Part shown: in pieces, positions 1 to 9,758 of the stretch
Layout: every line of letters starts with the position of its first letter
Position numbering within the stretch: the first letter of the stretch is position 1
NCBI GenBank assembly: GCA_963667035.1
Contig: OY762964.1
Coordinates: forward strand, 256,001 to 320,000
DNA length: 64,000 nt
DNA from: Candidatus Cloacimonadales bacterium
GTDB taxonomy: Bacteria; Cloacimonadota; Cloacimonadia; Cloacimonadales; JAFGVF01
Reading direction: 5' to 3'
The notes under the pieces: generated by a model
Told to the model about the DNA's origin: nothing
Databases searched by the model: none
Seen by the model: the letters and a program-made list of their open reading frames with translations, nothing else
Program-made: the position numbers and the translations under genes

Positions 1-48
1 TATGAAGCTCGATGTAGAAATTGTCATGAAGTGCCAAACGAGGATTGA
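1..48 (+). CDS. tdk: Thymidine kinase, 3' end (partial)
   Basis: Frame 1 reads YEARCRNCHEVPNED*, matching the C-terminal YEARCRxC zinc-binding motif of type II thymidine kinases. Confidence 0.75.
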   Translation, partial: YEARCRNCHEVPNED

Positions 49-296
49 TTGTGATAGGATTGCTTAATTTTGCATTAGAGTTGTATCAGTTAGTTATAAT
101 ACTTAGAGTTATAGTGTCTTGGATAATAAGTAATCCATATAACAATTTCTATCAACTTTTAATTAGAGCAACTGAACCTGTATTAAGGCCAATAAGAAGT
201 ATGTTACCTAAAAGTAATTATGACTTTTCACCAATTATTGCAATATTTCTGTTAAGTTTAATTCAGAGATTTGTTTTAAGACAGCTATATTTTTAA
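45..296 (+). CDS. yggT: YggT family membrane protein
   Basis: Hydrophobic 83 aa with SW...NPYN...TEPVLRPIR...DFSPI motif; lies before divIVA. True start may be the GTG at 51. Confidence 0.9.
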   Translation: MIVIGLLNFALELYQLVIILRVIVSWIISNPYNNFYQLLIRATEPVLRPIRSMLPKSNYDFSPIIAIFLLSLIQRFVLRQLYF

Positions 297-306
297 TGGG
301 GGATGC

Positions 307-915
307 ATGACTTTAAAACCGGAAGATATAAAGTACAAAGAATTTAAAACATCTATTGCCGGGTACAACAAAGATGAAGTAAGAGCTTATCTAGAAGAAA
401 TAGCTCATGATATAAGAGATCAGATAAGCGATTGGGGTAAGAAAAATGATGAAGTAGCATTACAACATAAAGTTACTAAACAAGAAGTTGTTAATGCAAC
501 TGCAACTGTTAGTGATTTAAAGAAGAGAGAGCAATTAATCACTAGAACGCTAGTTTTAGCAGAGAAGACAAAGGCAGAAATTGTTGATAATGCAAGAAAA
601 GAAGCTGAATTAATAATAAAAGAAGCCCAGATAAAAGCCCAGAATGCTATACAACAAGCCAGACAATACTTAAATGTTTATGAGCATCAGTTTGTAGCTT
701 TGAAAGAACAAAAGAGACAGTTTTTAATGAAAATGAAAGCAGAGCTTAACACATTTGTTCATCAAATAGAGAATGATCCCTTGCTTAATAGGAAAGCAGA
801 GCAAGTAATGGATAAAGAGTTTAAGTCTATACAGGGTTATACTGCTCAGCAGACTACAAAACAAACTCATAGAAATACAGCTAACACAACCCAACAGAAT
901 AATGAGAAGAAATGA
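307..915 (+). CDS. divIVA: DivIVA domain coiled-coil protein
   Basis: N-terminal LKPEDIKYKEFKTSIAGYNKDEVRAYL DivIVA signature followed by coiled coil. Confidence 0.88.
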   Translation: MTLKPEDIKYKEFKTSIAGYNKDEVRAYLEEIAHDIRDQISDWGKKNDEVALQHKVTKQEVVNATATVSDLKKREQLITRTLVLAEKTKAEIVDNARKEAELIIKEAQIKAQNAIQQARQYLNVYEHQFVALKEQKRQFLMKMKAELNTFVHQIENDPLLNRKAEQVMDKEFKSIQGYTAQQTTKQTHRNTANTTQQNNEKK

Positions 916-1739
916 GTTATAAAGAAACAATAGATTATTTGTATCAACAGGGGATTGAAGTTCCGGAAATAGTTATAGTCCTTGGAAGTGGTTTGTCTAC
1001 TTTTGCAGAACTGATTGAAGATAAACTGATTATTCCATATTCTAGTATTCCCGGATTCGTTGATTCAACTGTACAAGGTCATGAAGGTAACCTTATATTT
1101 GGTAAAATCTCCGGTGCTAATGTTGTCTGTCAACAAGGAAGATTTCATTATTATGAGGGCTGGTCGATGGAACAAATTATATATCCAATAAGAGTTTTTG
1201 CAAAACTTGGTGCTAAGTACTATTTCGCTACAAACGCAGCAGGAAGTCTTAACTCATCAATGATCCCTGGTCAATTAGTATTACTGAAAGATCATATCAA
1301 TTTTATGGGAGCAAACCCATTGAGAGGTGAGAATAAGAGCGAGTTTGGTGTCAGATTTCCTTCCATGCATAACGCTTATGATAGTAAACTTAGATCGATA
1401 GCACTGGAAGTAGCAAACTCTCATGATATAGATTTAAAGGAAGGAGTTTATATTGCCGTTTCAGGTCCATCATTTGAAACAAAAGCTGAATGTAAAATGC
1501 TAGCAGATTGGGGAGCAGATGTTGTAGGAATGTCAACTGTTCCTGAAGTCATAGCTTCTGTTCATAGTGGATTAAGAGTTCTATGTTGCTCAGTTGTAAC
1601 AAATATGACTAATATTTTCCATTCAGAAGCTCACTCACATGAGGATGTACAAAAGGCTGCTGAATTAGCAAAGGATAATCTACAAAAACTAATATCACAA
1701 GTTATCTATAGACTTAATAATGTCAAAAAGGGGATATGA
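912..1739 (+). CDS. punA: Purine nucleoside phosphorylase (trimeric PNP family)
   Basis: VLGSGL, GH, QGRFHYYEG, TNAAG, GPSFET, VGMSTVPE and VTN motifs. Confidence 0.93.
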   Translation: MSYKETIDYLYQQGIEVPEIVIVLGSGLSTFAELIEDKLIIPYSSIPGFVDSTVQGHEGNLIFGKISGANVVCQQGRFHYYEGWSMEQIIYPIRVFAKLGAKYYFATNAAGSLNSSMIPGQLVLLKDHINFMGANPLRGENKSEFGVRFPSMHNAYDSKLRSIALEVANSHDIDLKEGVYIAVSGPSFETKAECKMLADWGADVVGMSTVPEVIASVHSGLRVLCCSVVTNMTNIFHSEAHSHEDVQKAAELAKDNLQKLISQVIYRLNNVKKGI

Positions 1740-2134
1740 TGAGTGAAAAAAGATATTCAAAAGAAAAACTTGATGAGTTCAAGGAAATAATTCTTAAAGA
1801 AAAAGCTGAAAGTAGAAGATTTATTGATTCTGTACATGAAGAACAAAAAAAGAGTTCAAAGGAAAGCTCCGGAGATCTTTCAAGTTATTCTTTTCATCAA
1901 GCTGATCAAGGCTCTGATACTAACAGTTTAGAGAAAAAAATGTATCTTTACGACTCTGAACAAAAGAAGATAAAACTTCTGAATGTTGCCTTGGAGAAGA
2001 TTTATGATGGTATATACGGAGTTTGCGAGATATGTGGAGAATTGATATCCGAATCTAGATTGAAAGCAATTCCATTTGCAAGATTTTGCATAGAATGTAA
2101 ATCTAAAGAAGAGAGTAAGAATAGCAGGAGATAA
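1736..2134 (+). CDS. DksA/TraR family C4 zinc-finger protein
   Basis: HQADQGSD coiled-coil tip, then YGVCEICG...RLKAIPFARFCIEC. Confidence 0.9.
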   Translation: MMSEKRYSKEKLDEFKEIILKEKAESRRFIDSVHEEQKKSSKESSGDLSSYSFHQADQGSDTNSLEKKMYLYDSEQKKIKLLNVALEKIYDGIYGVCEICGELISESRLKAIPFARFCIECKSKEESKNSRR

Positions 2135-2634
2135 TGAAGTATAAATACTTATGGCTCTTGATATCCGGTTTAATAGTTGTTTTTGACCAGATTACTAAAT
2201 TTCTGATAAGGTCTAGATTTGAATTATACAGTTCTATTCAGATAATTGGTGATCTGGTAAGATTTACATATGTCAGAAACACAGGTGCTGCCTTTAGTTT
2301 ATCTTTTGGTAATCCAATGGTCAATCGTATTATCTTTATTGTTATTACAATAATTGCTCTTATAGTTCTTCTTTTTTATCTTAGAAAAACCAAAAACTCT
2401 TTGGAAAGTGCCATAGTATCTCTTATTATAGGAGGAGCTATTGGGAATCTAATAGATAGAATTATGTTGGGGTATGTTACGGATTTTATTGACTGCGATT
2501 TCCCGGATTTTATAATGACAAGGTTTCCAGTTTTTAATGTTGCAGATAGCTCAATAACTATTGCAATAACTTTACTAATAATTTATATATTATTCTTTGA
2601 CAAGAATGTGAAAATAGAGGACAAGAAACAATAG
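2134..2634 (+). CDS. lspA: Lipoprotein signal peptidase II
   Basis: DQITK, NTGAAFS, GAIGNLIDR, VTDF and FNVADS motifs. Confidence 0.96.
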   Translation: MKYKYLWLLISGLIVVFDQITKFLIRSRFELYSSIQIIGDLVRFTYVRNTGAAFSLSFGNPMVNRIIFIVITIIALIVLLFYLRKTKNSLESAIVSLIIGGAIGNLIDRIMLGYVTDFIDCDFPDFIMTRFPVFNVADSSITIAITLLIIYILFFDKNVKIEDKKQ

Positions 2635-2653
2635 ACTAAATTTTGAGGCGAAT

Positions 2654-4045
2654 ATGAAACTAAAAAAGATATTATTTATGTTGTTACTTCTTGCATCGGC
2701 AATGCTCTTTGCTGAAGTATTGTCTGTATATGATATTCAATATACTGAAGAGTCAAACGGGAATTCTCCATACTCAGGACAAACTGATATTACCGTAGGG
2801 GGAATTGTTACTGCGAACGGATATTCCGGAGACAAATTCTTCCTTTCAGATAGGTCTGGTGGACCCTGGAGCGGAATATATGTATATGATTATAATATTC
2901 AACCTGAGATTGGTGATTCTGTTCAAGTAACTGGACAAGTACAAGAGTATAATAACTTAACAGAGATGAGTTATGTGTCCGGTTCAACTATAACTGTTGG
3001 AAATCCGGTGCCTGAACCTTCTCTCATAACTTGTGCAGATTTAACAGGAGCAAGTGCTGAACAGTGGGAAGGAGTTCTTGTTACAATTAAGAATGCTACT
3101 TGTTCCAGTATAATTGATAATTACGGTGAATTCAGAATATCAGATAGTAGCGGAGTCTCAATATATGTATCGGATGGAATCATATCTCATCAAGCATTGA
3201 ATCCTGAAGTGGGAGAGGCATTTTTATCAATTACTGGGGTAGTTGATTATGCTTTTGGAAATTTCAAGATTGTTCCAAGAAGCAATTCTGATATTCAACA
3301 ACCAAGCATTAATATTCCGGAAATAAGCGTGGATAGTAGAAAAGATTTTATGATTCCCATTAGAACTTATGCAATTGATGTCTCTGAGGATATTACATCT
3401 TATGAGTTTCATCTTTCATATGATTCGGACATCATCTCAATATATGATACTAGTTTAGATGAGTCAGTCACAGATGATTTTAATGGGGAAGTTACTCTTG
3501 AAAATGAAGAAGATAACAAAGTCAAAGTTACCTGTAGTTTCCAGAATGAGATTTTTGTGGATGACGATAATAGTCTTTTAATTTCACTTAAAGCAAAGCC
3601 TGTCGGTTATGGATCTTCCGAATTAGTATTTGATTCATTCTTGTATAATACTGATCCTGCCTTGCTTATTACTAATTCTTTTGTAAATATACCTTATGAA
3701 GAATCTAAACCTTATTTACAAATTTACACTGATGATAGTGATAAGAACATTTTTAATCCTCATCTTTCATCAATAAATATTGACTATGGCTCAAGTGTTG
3801 ACCGTTATACTGGATTCAAAGTTATTCTGAGTATATATAATTCTAAGGGGCAACTAGAGAATACACTATTTAACGGTCATTTGGTAAGCTCATTTGGCGT
3901 AGACAGTTTCTCATGGGATGGTAAAGATAGAGAACATAGAATGTTACCTCCGGGAATGTATATATGCCATTTAGAGATTATAAACTTAGAATCCGGTAAG
4001 AAACGAACAAAAACTCAGCCAATAGTTATATCAACAGAGTTATAG
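2654..4045 (+). CDS. Secreted protein with OB-fold (nuclease-associated type) region, cohesin-like domain and FlgD-like C-terminal sorting domain
   Basis: Signal peptide; IYDIQY..SPY.GQ.V.V.GIVTA...SGIYVY...GDSV.V.G.V.EY pattern; EQWEGVLV; C-terminal IYNSKGQ...WDGKD...PGMY. Confidence 0.65.
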   Translation: MKLKKILFMLLLLASAMLFAEVLSVYDIQYTEESNGNSPYSGQTDITVGGIVTANGYSGDKFFLSDRSGGPWSGIYVYDYNIQPEIGDSVQVTGQVQEYNNLTEMSYVSGSTITVGNPVPEPSLITCADLTGASAEQWEGVLVTIKNATCSSIIDNYGEFRISDSSGVSIYVSDGIISHQALNPEVGEAFLSITGVVDYAFGNFKIVPRSNSDIQQPSINIPEISVDSRKDFMIPIRTYAIDVSEDITSYEFHLSYDSDIISIYDTSLDESVTDDFNGEVTLENEEDNKVKVTCSFQNEIFVDDDNSLLISLKAKPVGYGSSELVFDSFLYNTDPALLITNSFVNIPYEESKPYLQIYTDDSDKNIFNPHLSSINIDYGSSVDRYTGFKVILSIYNSKGQLENTLFNGHLVSSFGVDSFSWDGKDREHRMLPPGMYICHLEIINLESGKKRTKTQPIVISTEL

Positions 4046-4053
4046 GAGTAGAG

Positions 4054-4896
4054 ATGAAAAAGATTGTTATTGTATTATTAATTGCTGTTTCCCTTCTATC
4101 ACTCAATGCAGTTTTTGATGATTATGGCTCTTCTGCACGAGCTCGTGGTATGGGTGGAGCTTTTTACTCAGTCTCAAATGATGCGTCAGCAGTTTTCTAT
4201 AATCCTGCAGGTCTTGTTTATGCAGGGAATAATGTTATTGTAGGTTATACTGATTTGTGGAGTACAGGGTATAACAGTTTGATTAATGGAGCTGTCTCCT
4301 ACAATCTTGGTAAAGCCGGAACAATAGGACTTGGGTATCAGTTCTTTGACGTATCATACGAAGATGTGACTCTTCAGTCAGAGAAAACAGTTGGTATTTT
4401 TCACGGTTTCACTGTTATGAAAGATATACATACTGAGTTAACTATGGGTTATGGTGTAAATCTATATAATATTGAATTTTATGATCAGAATGATTCACAA
4501 ACAGCTTTTGGTATTAACATTGGAGCTTTAGCTACTGTTAGACAGAGAACTAGATTAGCTTTCTCTGTTACTAATGTTAATAATCCAAAGATTGGTAAAG
4601 ATTATGAAAGTGATCTTCCCCAAGTTTTTGTAATTGGTCTTTCTCATGTACCATATGAAAAAGTTACTACCTCTATTGAGTTAAAGCAAGAGTTTGGTGA
4701 AGAAACTCAAGTAATGGGTGGACTGGAGATTTCTCCTCATGATATGGTTACTCTTAGAGGTGGTGTACATAATAAACCTAATGTAATTAGCTTTGGTGTG
4801 GGCTTTAATGTAAACAACATGTTAGTTGATTACGGTTATAACTCACATTCAAATCTTGATGGCATACATCAAGTTGCAATTGGTTATAAGTTTTAA
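4054..4896 (+). CDS. PorV/PorP-like outer-membrane beta-barrel (T9SS-associated family)
   Basis: Signal peptide, SARARGMGGAF..VSNDASAVFYNPAGL N-terminal motif, alternating beta-strands, C-terminal GYKF. Confidence 0.75.
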   Translation: MKKIVIVLLIAVSLLSLNAVFDDYGSSARARGMGGAFYSVSNDASAVFYNPAGLVYAGNNVIVGYTDLWSTGYNSLINGAVSYNLGKAGTIGLGYQFFDVSYEDVTLQSEKTVGIFHGFTVMKDIHTELTMGYGVNLYNIEFYDQNDSQTAFGINIGALATVRQRTRLAFSVTNVNNPKIGKDYESDLPQVFVIGLSHVPYEKVTTSIELKQEFGEETQVMGGLEISPHDMVTLRGGVHNKPNVISFGVGFNVNNMLVDYGYNSHSNLDGIHQVAIGYKF

Positions 4897-4907
4897 CGGA
4901 GGAACAC

Positions 4908-5195
4908 ATGGCTAAGAATAAAGAAAAGCATTCAATGTTACCTGCTTTTCTAACCATCTTTAGCAGTTTTATAAGTCCTTGGATACGTGACTTCAACCAT
5001 AATAGTAAGATTAAGAAGTTTGACAAAACTGCAGAGAGGGTTGAAGTTTGTGAAAACTTGCTTGTAAAAGCTGAAAAGAAACAAAATGAGTTAAGAAAGA
5101 TGATTGAAGACCTAAAGACCAGACTTTTTATCAGCTGGGGTGTTCAAGCCATTCTATTGTTACTTATTTTACTCAGAGTTTTCAACGTTATTTAA
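4908..5195 (+). CDS. Hypothetical protein (coiled coil with C-terminal TM helix)
   Basis: GGAGG RBS upstream, in operon orientation, hydrophobic C-terminus. Confidence 0.65.
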   Translation: MAKNKEKHSMLPAFLTIFSSFISPWIRDFNHNSKIKKFDKTAERVEVCENLLVKAEKKQNELRKMIEDLKTRLFISWGVQAILLLLILLRVFNVI

Positions 5196-5276
5196 GAATA
5201 TCTTTTAGTTGTTTAATCAGCAAGAACTTCTTAGTTCTTGCTGAACTTTTATGAACATATAGAAAATGAGGTAATT

Positions 5277-5870
5277 ATGAAAAAGAGTTTAATAATTCTA
5301 TTAGTGATAATAGGAATAATAGTTTTAGGAATACTTGGTTTTATTGGACGCTATAATTCGATGGTAAAGGCTAAGGTTCAAGTTGATAATATGTGGTCAC
5401 AGGTAGAGAATCAATACCAGCGTCGCTATGATTTAATTCCTAATTTAGTTGAAACAGTTAAAGGTTATGCTTCTCATGAAAAGGAAACATTACAAGCTGT
5501 TACGGAAGCTAGAGCAAAAATGGGTGGAACTATAGATGCCGGTAATGTTATTAATGATCCTCAGGCATTTGCAAAATTCCAACAAATGCAAGCCGGGTTA
5601 AGTGGAGCTTTACAACGTCTTATGGTTGTAGCTGAGCGTTATCCGGATCTAAAGGCTAATCAGAATTTCTTAGCATTACAGAGTCAACTTGAAGGAACTG
5701 AGAATAGAATTGCTGTTGCCAGAAGAGATTTCAATGAGTCTGCTAATCGTTTTAATCAAATGATTATTACATTCCCTAATAATGTTCTGGCAGGAATGTT
5801 CAATATAACTAAGGTAGAATTCTTCAAAGCAACCGCTCAAGCTCAAGAAGCTCCTAAAGTAAAATTTTAA
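5277..5870 (+). CDS. lemA: LemA family protein
   Basis: YNS...WSQVENQYQRRYDLIPNLVETVKGYA, ERYPDLKANQNF, EGTENRIAVARR; ATG at 5277 after GAGGT. Confidence 0.93.
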   Translation: MKKSLIILLVIIGIIVLGILGFIGRYNSMVKAKVQVDNMWSQVENQYQRRYDLIPNLVETVKGYASHEKETLQAVTEARAKMGGTIDAGNVINDPQAFAKFQQMQAGLSGALQRLMVVAERYPDLKANQNFLALQSQLEGTENRIAVARRDFNESANRFNQMIITFPNNVLAGMFNITKVEFFKATAQAQEAPKVKF

Positions 5871-5877
5871 TAAGCAA

Positions 5878-5904
5878 TACCCCATAAGAATTTCTTATGG
5901 GGTA
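5878..5904. terminator. Perfect hairpin after lemA (terminator or RNA-processing stem)
   Basis: TACCCCATAAGAA-T-TTCTTATGGGGTA 13-bp stem; no strong U-tract. Confidence 0.6.
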
Positions 5905-5917
5905 ATCTATTTAAAGT

Positions 5918-6958
5918 ATGATTTCACAAGAGTTCATTAACAGGCATCTTAACAATAGAACTATTCTTTCATATTTACTATCTCCATTTTCAGTAATCTA
6001 TAGTCATATCTTACTATTACGAAGGCTTATCCTCAAAAGGCAAAGTTGGAAAGCATCTGTTAAGGTTTTGAGTGTAGGTAATATAGTTAGTGGGGGAACC
6101 GGTAAGACTCCATATACAATTTATCTAGCTCACTTACTCACTTCGAGAGGCTATAAGGTCGCTGTTTCTCATAGAGATTATAAGGGAGGTTTTGAACATG
6201 ATACTTCCGTTATATCCAACGATAAGGGCCTATATCCTATAGCTAATAATGCTTGTGATGAAGCTCTACTGATAGCTGAATCCCTTCCCGGAATAGCCGT
6301 AGCTGCCGGTAAGGATAGAAAGAAAGCAATAAGACTTCTTTTGCAAGAAAATCCTAAACTTGATTTTGTTATTCTTGATGATTCATTCCAGAATCTAAAA
6401 GTTTATCATGACATAGATTTTATCCTGTTCAAGACTCCTTCTCCTATTGGCAACGGGTTTGTAATACCGGCGGGTAAGCTGAGAGAATCATTAAAAGCTG
6501 TTAAATATGCAGATGTTTTAGTTGTTACCGGGGATAGTGAAATTCCCATTGAAATCTCAAGAAGTAAGAAGCCAATTCTAAAAGGACAGCACAGGTTAGC
6601 CGGAATCTATGATGCAACCGGGAAGACTATCAAATCAGAAGTTCTAATGGATTGTAAGATAGCTCTTATTTCCGGACTAGGAAATCCATTGAGTTTCGAA
6701 AAATCAGTTAAGGATAGTGGCATTGTTTTTGCTAAACATTTTATTTATCCCGATCACTATGGCTATAATGATAAGCAAGACATGGAACAGATAAACAGTT
6801 ACATAATTTCAAACAAAATTGACTATCTTCTTACTACCGAGAAGGACTTCGTTAAGCTTAAAAAATACTCCAAGTTACCATTGGCAGTTTTAAAAATCAA
6901 GTTTACTCCCTCAAATCCTGAGATTCTTTCAAGTGTCATCTCTAAGATTATAGATTAA
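5918..6958 (+). CDS. lpxK: Tetraacyldisaccharide 4'-kinase
   Basis: SVGNIVSGGTGKTP, DE, ILDDSFQ, PAGKLRE, GLGNP, PDHY and TTEKD motifs. Confidence 0.93.
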   Translation: MISQEFINRHLNNRTILSYLLSPFSVIYSHILLLRRLILKRQSWKASVKVLSVGNIVSGGTGKTPYTIYLAHLLTSRGYKVAVSHRDYKGGFEHDTSVISNDKGLYPIANNACDEALLIAESLPGIAVAAGKDRKKAIRLLLQENPKLDFVILDDSFQNLKVYHDIDFILFKTPSPIGNGFVIPAGKLRESLKAVKYADVLVVTGDSEIPIEISRSKKPILKGQHRLAGIYDATGKTIKSEVLMDCKIALISGLGNPLSFEKSVKDSGIVFAKHFIYPDHYGYNDKQDMEQINSYIISNKIDYLLTTEKDFVKLKKYSKLPLAVLKIKFTPSNPEILSSVISKIID

Positions 6959-7094
6959 AGTATATTCGGACTATTTGGAGCATTTTAGCTTATAAAGCTT
7001 TTAGCACTGACAAATATATAATAATCACAAAATAGTTGACAGACGCACTAATAGAATTCGATTTTAGAAAACACAATCTTAAAGAGGAGTCGAA

Positions 7095-8168
7095 ATGAGA
7101 AGAATACTTATCCCAATCATACTATTAATAAACTCACTTGCGTTGATTGCCGAGGAACCATGGAAAGACTTTATCCCGGAACCGGATACTAATGCTTTTC
7201 CTAAGAAGTATTTTTGTCCCAAAGTGGATAACTCACCTGTGATTGACGGTATTATCAAGGATAGTGAATGGGTAAAATCTGAATGGACTGACAAGTTTGT
7301 TGATATTGAAGGCAAAAAAGCAAAGACTCCTACATATAGAACTACAGTAAAAATGTGTTGGGATAATGACTATTTCTATTTTGCTGCTATGATGGAGGAA
7401 CCTCATATATGGGCAAAATTGGAGGAGAGAGATTCTGTTATCTTTTATGATAATGACTTTGAGATTTTCATTGATCCTGATGGGGATACAAAGAATTATT
7501 ATGAATTTGAAATGAATGCTCTTAACACAGTATGGGATTTGCTTCTCGTAAATGCATATAGAGATGGTAGCCCAAGTGCCATTGATTCATGGGATATTCA
7601 AGGATTAAAAACAGCAGTTCACATTGATGGATCAATCAATGACCCCTCAGATAAGGACAAGGGTTGGAGTGTTGAAGTAGCAATTCCTTGGAAAGTCCTG
7701 GAAGAATGTTCACAAGGTGCTCCACCTAAACATGGGGATGTGTGGAGAGTTAATTTCTCAAGAGTTGAATGGGATACTGATATTGCAAACGGAGAATACA
7801 TAAAGAAGAATGCTCCTGAGCACAATTGGGTTTGGTCTCCACAAGGAATTATAAACATGCATTATCCTGAGCTATGGGGTTATGTTATCTTTAGAGAGGA
7901 TGATAAAAAGGAGTTGCCGGAGAATTTTGTCATGCTTGAAAAAATTAAATGGCAGTTACGTAGACTCTATTATAAAGAGTATACTTATTTTCTTAAAAAT
8001 GGAGAGTATACAGATATTCCCAAAGATATGGGACTGGATGTTAGTCGAGAGTTCCCTCCTCCATATATTTTTATTACACCTAACTGGTATGAAGCAAGAA
8101 TTATACATAAAGGATATTTTGTGAGTATTCAGGCTGATGGCAAAGTATGGGTTGAGAAAAAGCAATGA
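7095..8168 (+). CDS. Secreted carbohydrate-binding family 9-like protein
   Basis: Signal peptide; IDG...EW, WDNDYFYF, DNDFEIFIDPDGD, YYEFEMNA, WSVEVAIPW, WRVNFSR and MHYPELWG. Confidence 0.85.
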   Translation: MRRILIPIILLINSLALIAEEPWKDFIPEPDTNAFPKKYFCPKVDNSPVIDGIIKDSEWVKSEWTDKFVDIEGKKAKTPTYRTTVKMCWDNDYFYFAAMMEEPHIWAKLEERDSVIFYDNDFEIFIDPDGDTKNYYEFEMNALNTVWDLLLVNAYRDGSPSAIDSWDIQGLKTAVHIDGSINDPSDKDKGWSVEVAIPWKVLEECSQGAPPKHGDVWRVNFSRVEWDTDIANGEYIKKNAPEHNWVWSPQGIINMHYPELWGYVIFREDDKKELPENFVMLEKIKWQLRRLYYKEYTYFLKNGEYTDIPKDMGLDVSREFPPPYIFITPNWYEARIIHKGYFVSIQADGKVWVEKKQ

Positions 8169-9415
8169 GGATATTAATAAAGAATGCATTGTTTAATGGA
8201 GAGAAAAAAGATTTCTTTATTGATGGAAAGTATATAACGAGAATTGATACAGCTCTCAATGAACAAGCTGATGTGGTCATTGATGCTACTGACAAAGCAG
8301 TATTACCTCCCTACATAAATGCTCATACACATGCCGCTATGACTTTACTGAGGGGATATGCTGATGACATGGATTTAATGGATTGGCTACAGAATAAAAT
8401 CTGGCCGATTGAAGCAAAACTGACTGAAGAAGATGTGTATATCGGTACCAAACTTGCTTGCTTAGAGATGATAAAAACAGGAACTGCATATTTTATAGAT
8501 ATGTACTGGCATCTTCCCGGAATTTTTAAAGCAGTAGAAGAGATGGGATTAAAAGCTCTATTGGCAGGTGTGATTATTGATATGTTTGATGATGTGCAAG
8601 CTAATGAACTTATTCGGAAGAATACTCGTCTCTATGAATATCTCAAATGGACGGATAGGATTAAATTCTGCTTAGGACCCCACTCGATATATACAGTTTC
8701 GGAGAAAAGCCTTAAATGGGTACGAAATTTTGCTTATGAGAACAATATTCCTATTACTATTCACGTCTCTGAGACTGAGTATGAAGTAGAGCAGTGCCGG
8801 GAGAAAACCGGACTAAGACCGATTGAGTATCTTGAGAGTTTGAATTTCTTGGGACCTGATGTGATAATTGCTCACGGTATTCACCTTAATGATTCTGAAA
8901 TAGGAATACTTAGTAAGCATAAGACCATTGTAGCTCATAATCCTGTTTCAAACATGAAATTATGCTCCGGAACTATGCCTTTTCAAAAACTTATAGATAA
9001 TGATATTGAAGTAGTATTAGGGACAGACGGGTGCTCTTCAAACAACAATCTTAATATGGCTGAAGAGATGAAAGTGATGGCATTGATTCATAAAAGTGAA
9101 AGCGGTAATACTGAGCTGGCGTCAGCTAATGATGTATATGAAATTGCAACAAATAACCGAGTAAAATCATTATTCCCGGAAACAGGATGCCTGGAAGTTG
9201 GAAAGAGAGCAGATCTCATTTTGGTTGATCTAAATCATTATCAATTGCAACCTAATCATAATCTTATTTCTAACCTTGTATATTCAGGAACAGGTGACGT
9301 TGTCGATACAATGATTGTTGATGGGAACATACTTATGCTGAATAGAGTTGTTTATGGGGAAGAGGAGATTAGAATGCAGGTTAAAGAAGCCGTTAAAAAT
9401 ATCCTTAAAAGATAA
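8165..9415 (+). CDS. mtaD: MTA/SAH deaminase-like amidohydrolase
   Basis: NAHTHAAMTLLRG, HVSET, AHG, HNPVSNMKL, GTDG and GKRADLI motifs. Confidence 0.8.
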   Translation: MRILIKNALFNGEKKDFFIDGKYITRIDTALNEQADVVIDATDKAVLPPYINAHTHAAMTLLRGYADDMDLMDWLQNKIWPIEAKLTEEDVYIGTKLACLEMIKTGTAYFIDMYWHLPGIFKAVEEMGLKALLAGVIIDMFDDVQANELIRKNTRLYEYLKWTDRIKFCLGPHSIYTVSEKSLKWVRNFAYENNIPITIHVSETEYEVEQCREKTGLRPIEYLESLNFLGPDVIIAHGIHLNDSEIGILSKHKTIVAHNPVSNMKLCSGTMPFQKLIDNDIEVVLGTDGCSSNNNLNMAEEMKVMALIHKSESGNTELASANDVYEIATNNRVKSLFPETGCLEVGKRADLILVDLNHYQLQPNHNLISNLVYSGTGDVVDTMIVDGNILMLNRVVYGEEEIRMQVKEAVKNILKR

Positions 9416-9437
9416 ATAATATTATAGTTTTAATTCC

Positions 9438-9471
9438 AGACCGATGTTCTATCATCGGTCTTTTCTTTTTT
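9438..9471 (+). terminator. Intrinsic terminator of the CBM9-mtaD unit
   Basis: AGACCGATG-TTCTAT-CATCGGTCT followed by a T-rich tract. Confidence 0.85.
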
Positions 9472-9478
9472 ATTGCTG

Positions 9479-9637
9479 TTTCATTCCTCTATCACAATTC
9501 ATAATTCTCTCTGCCCATTTCCTTCCTACTTTCGAGACAGTCTCTTATCAATTTTAATAGGAGACCCTCAAGAGACTCGCAGGAATTGAACTACTTTTCC
9601 ATAATTATTATGATAGAGCAATGAAATTATAATGAAA
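9479..9637. repeat. 11-bp-phased imperfect palindrome (element A)
   Basis: 20-bp inverted repeat 9479-9498/9607-9626 with 2 mismatches; TGAWA at 9611, 9622, 9633; GAGAC at 9561, 9572. Confidence 0.55.
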
Positions 9638-9691
9638 CACAAGAAGAAATCTGAAAGACTTCCCAAGTTATATGGACAGTTAAGAAGGTGC

Positions 9692-9721
9692 AAAAAAAGC
9701 CGGAGTAAAAACTCCGGCTTT
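9692..9721 (-). terminator. Intrinsic terminator of the large lipoprotein gene
   Basis: AAAAAAAGCCGGAGT-AAAA-ACTCCGGCTTT. Confidence 0.88.
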
Positions 9722-9758
9722 CAATATATTACTTATTATCTACTAAAAACTATCAATA

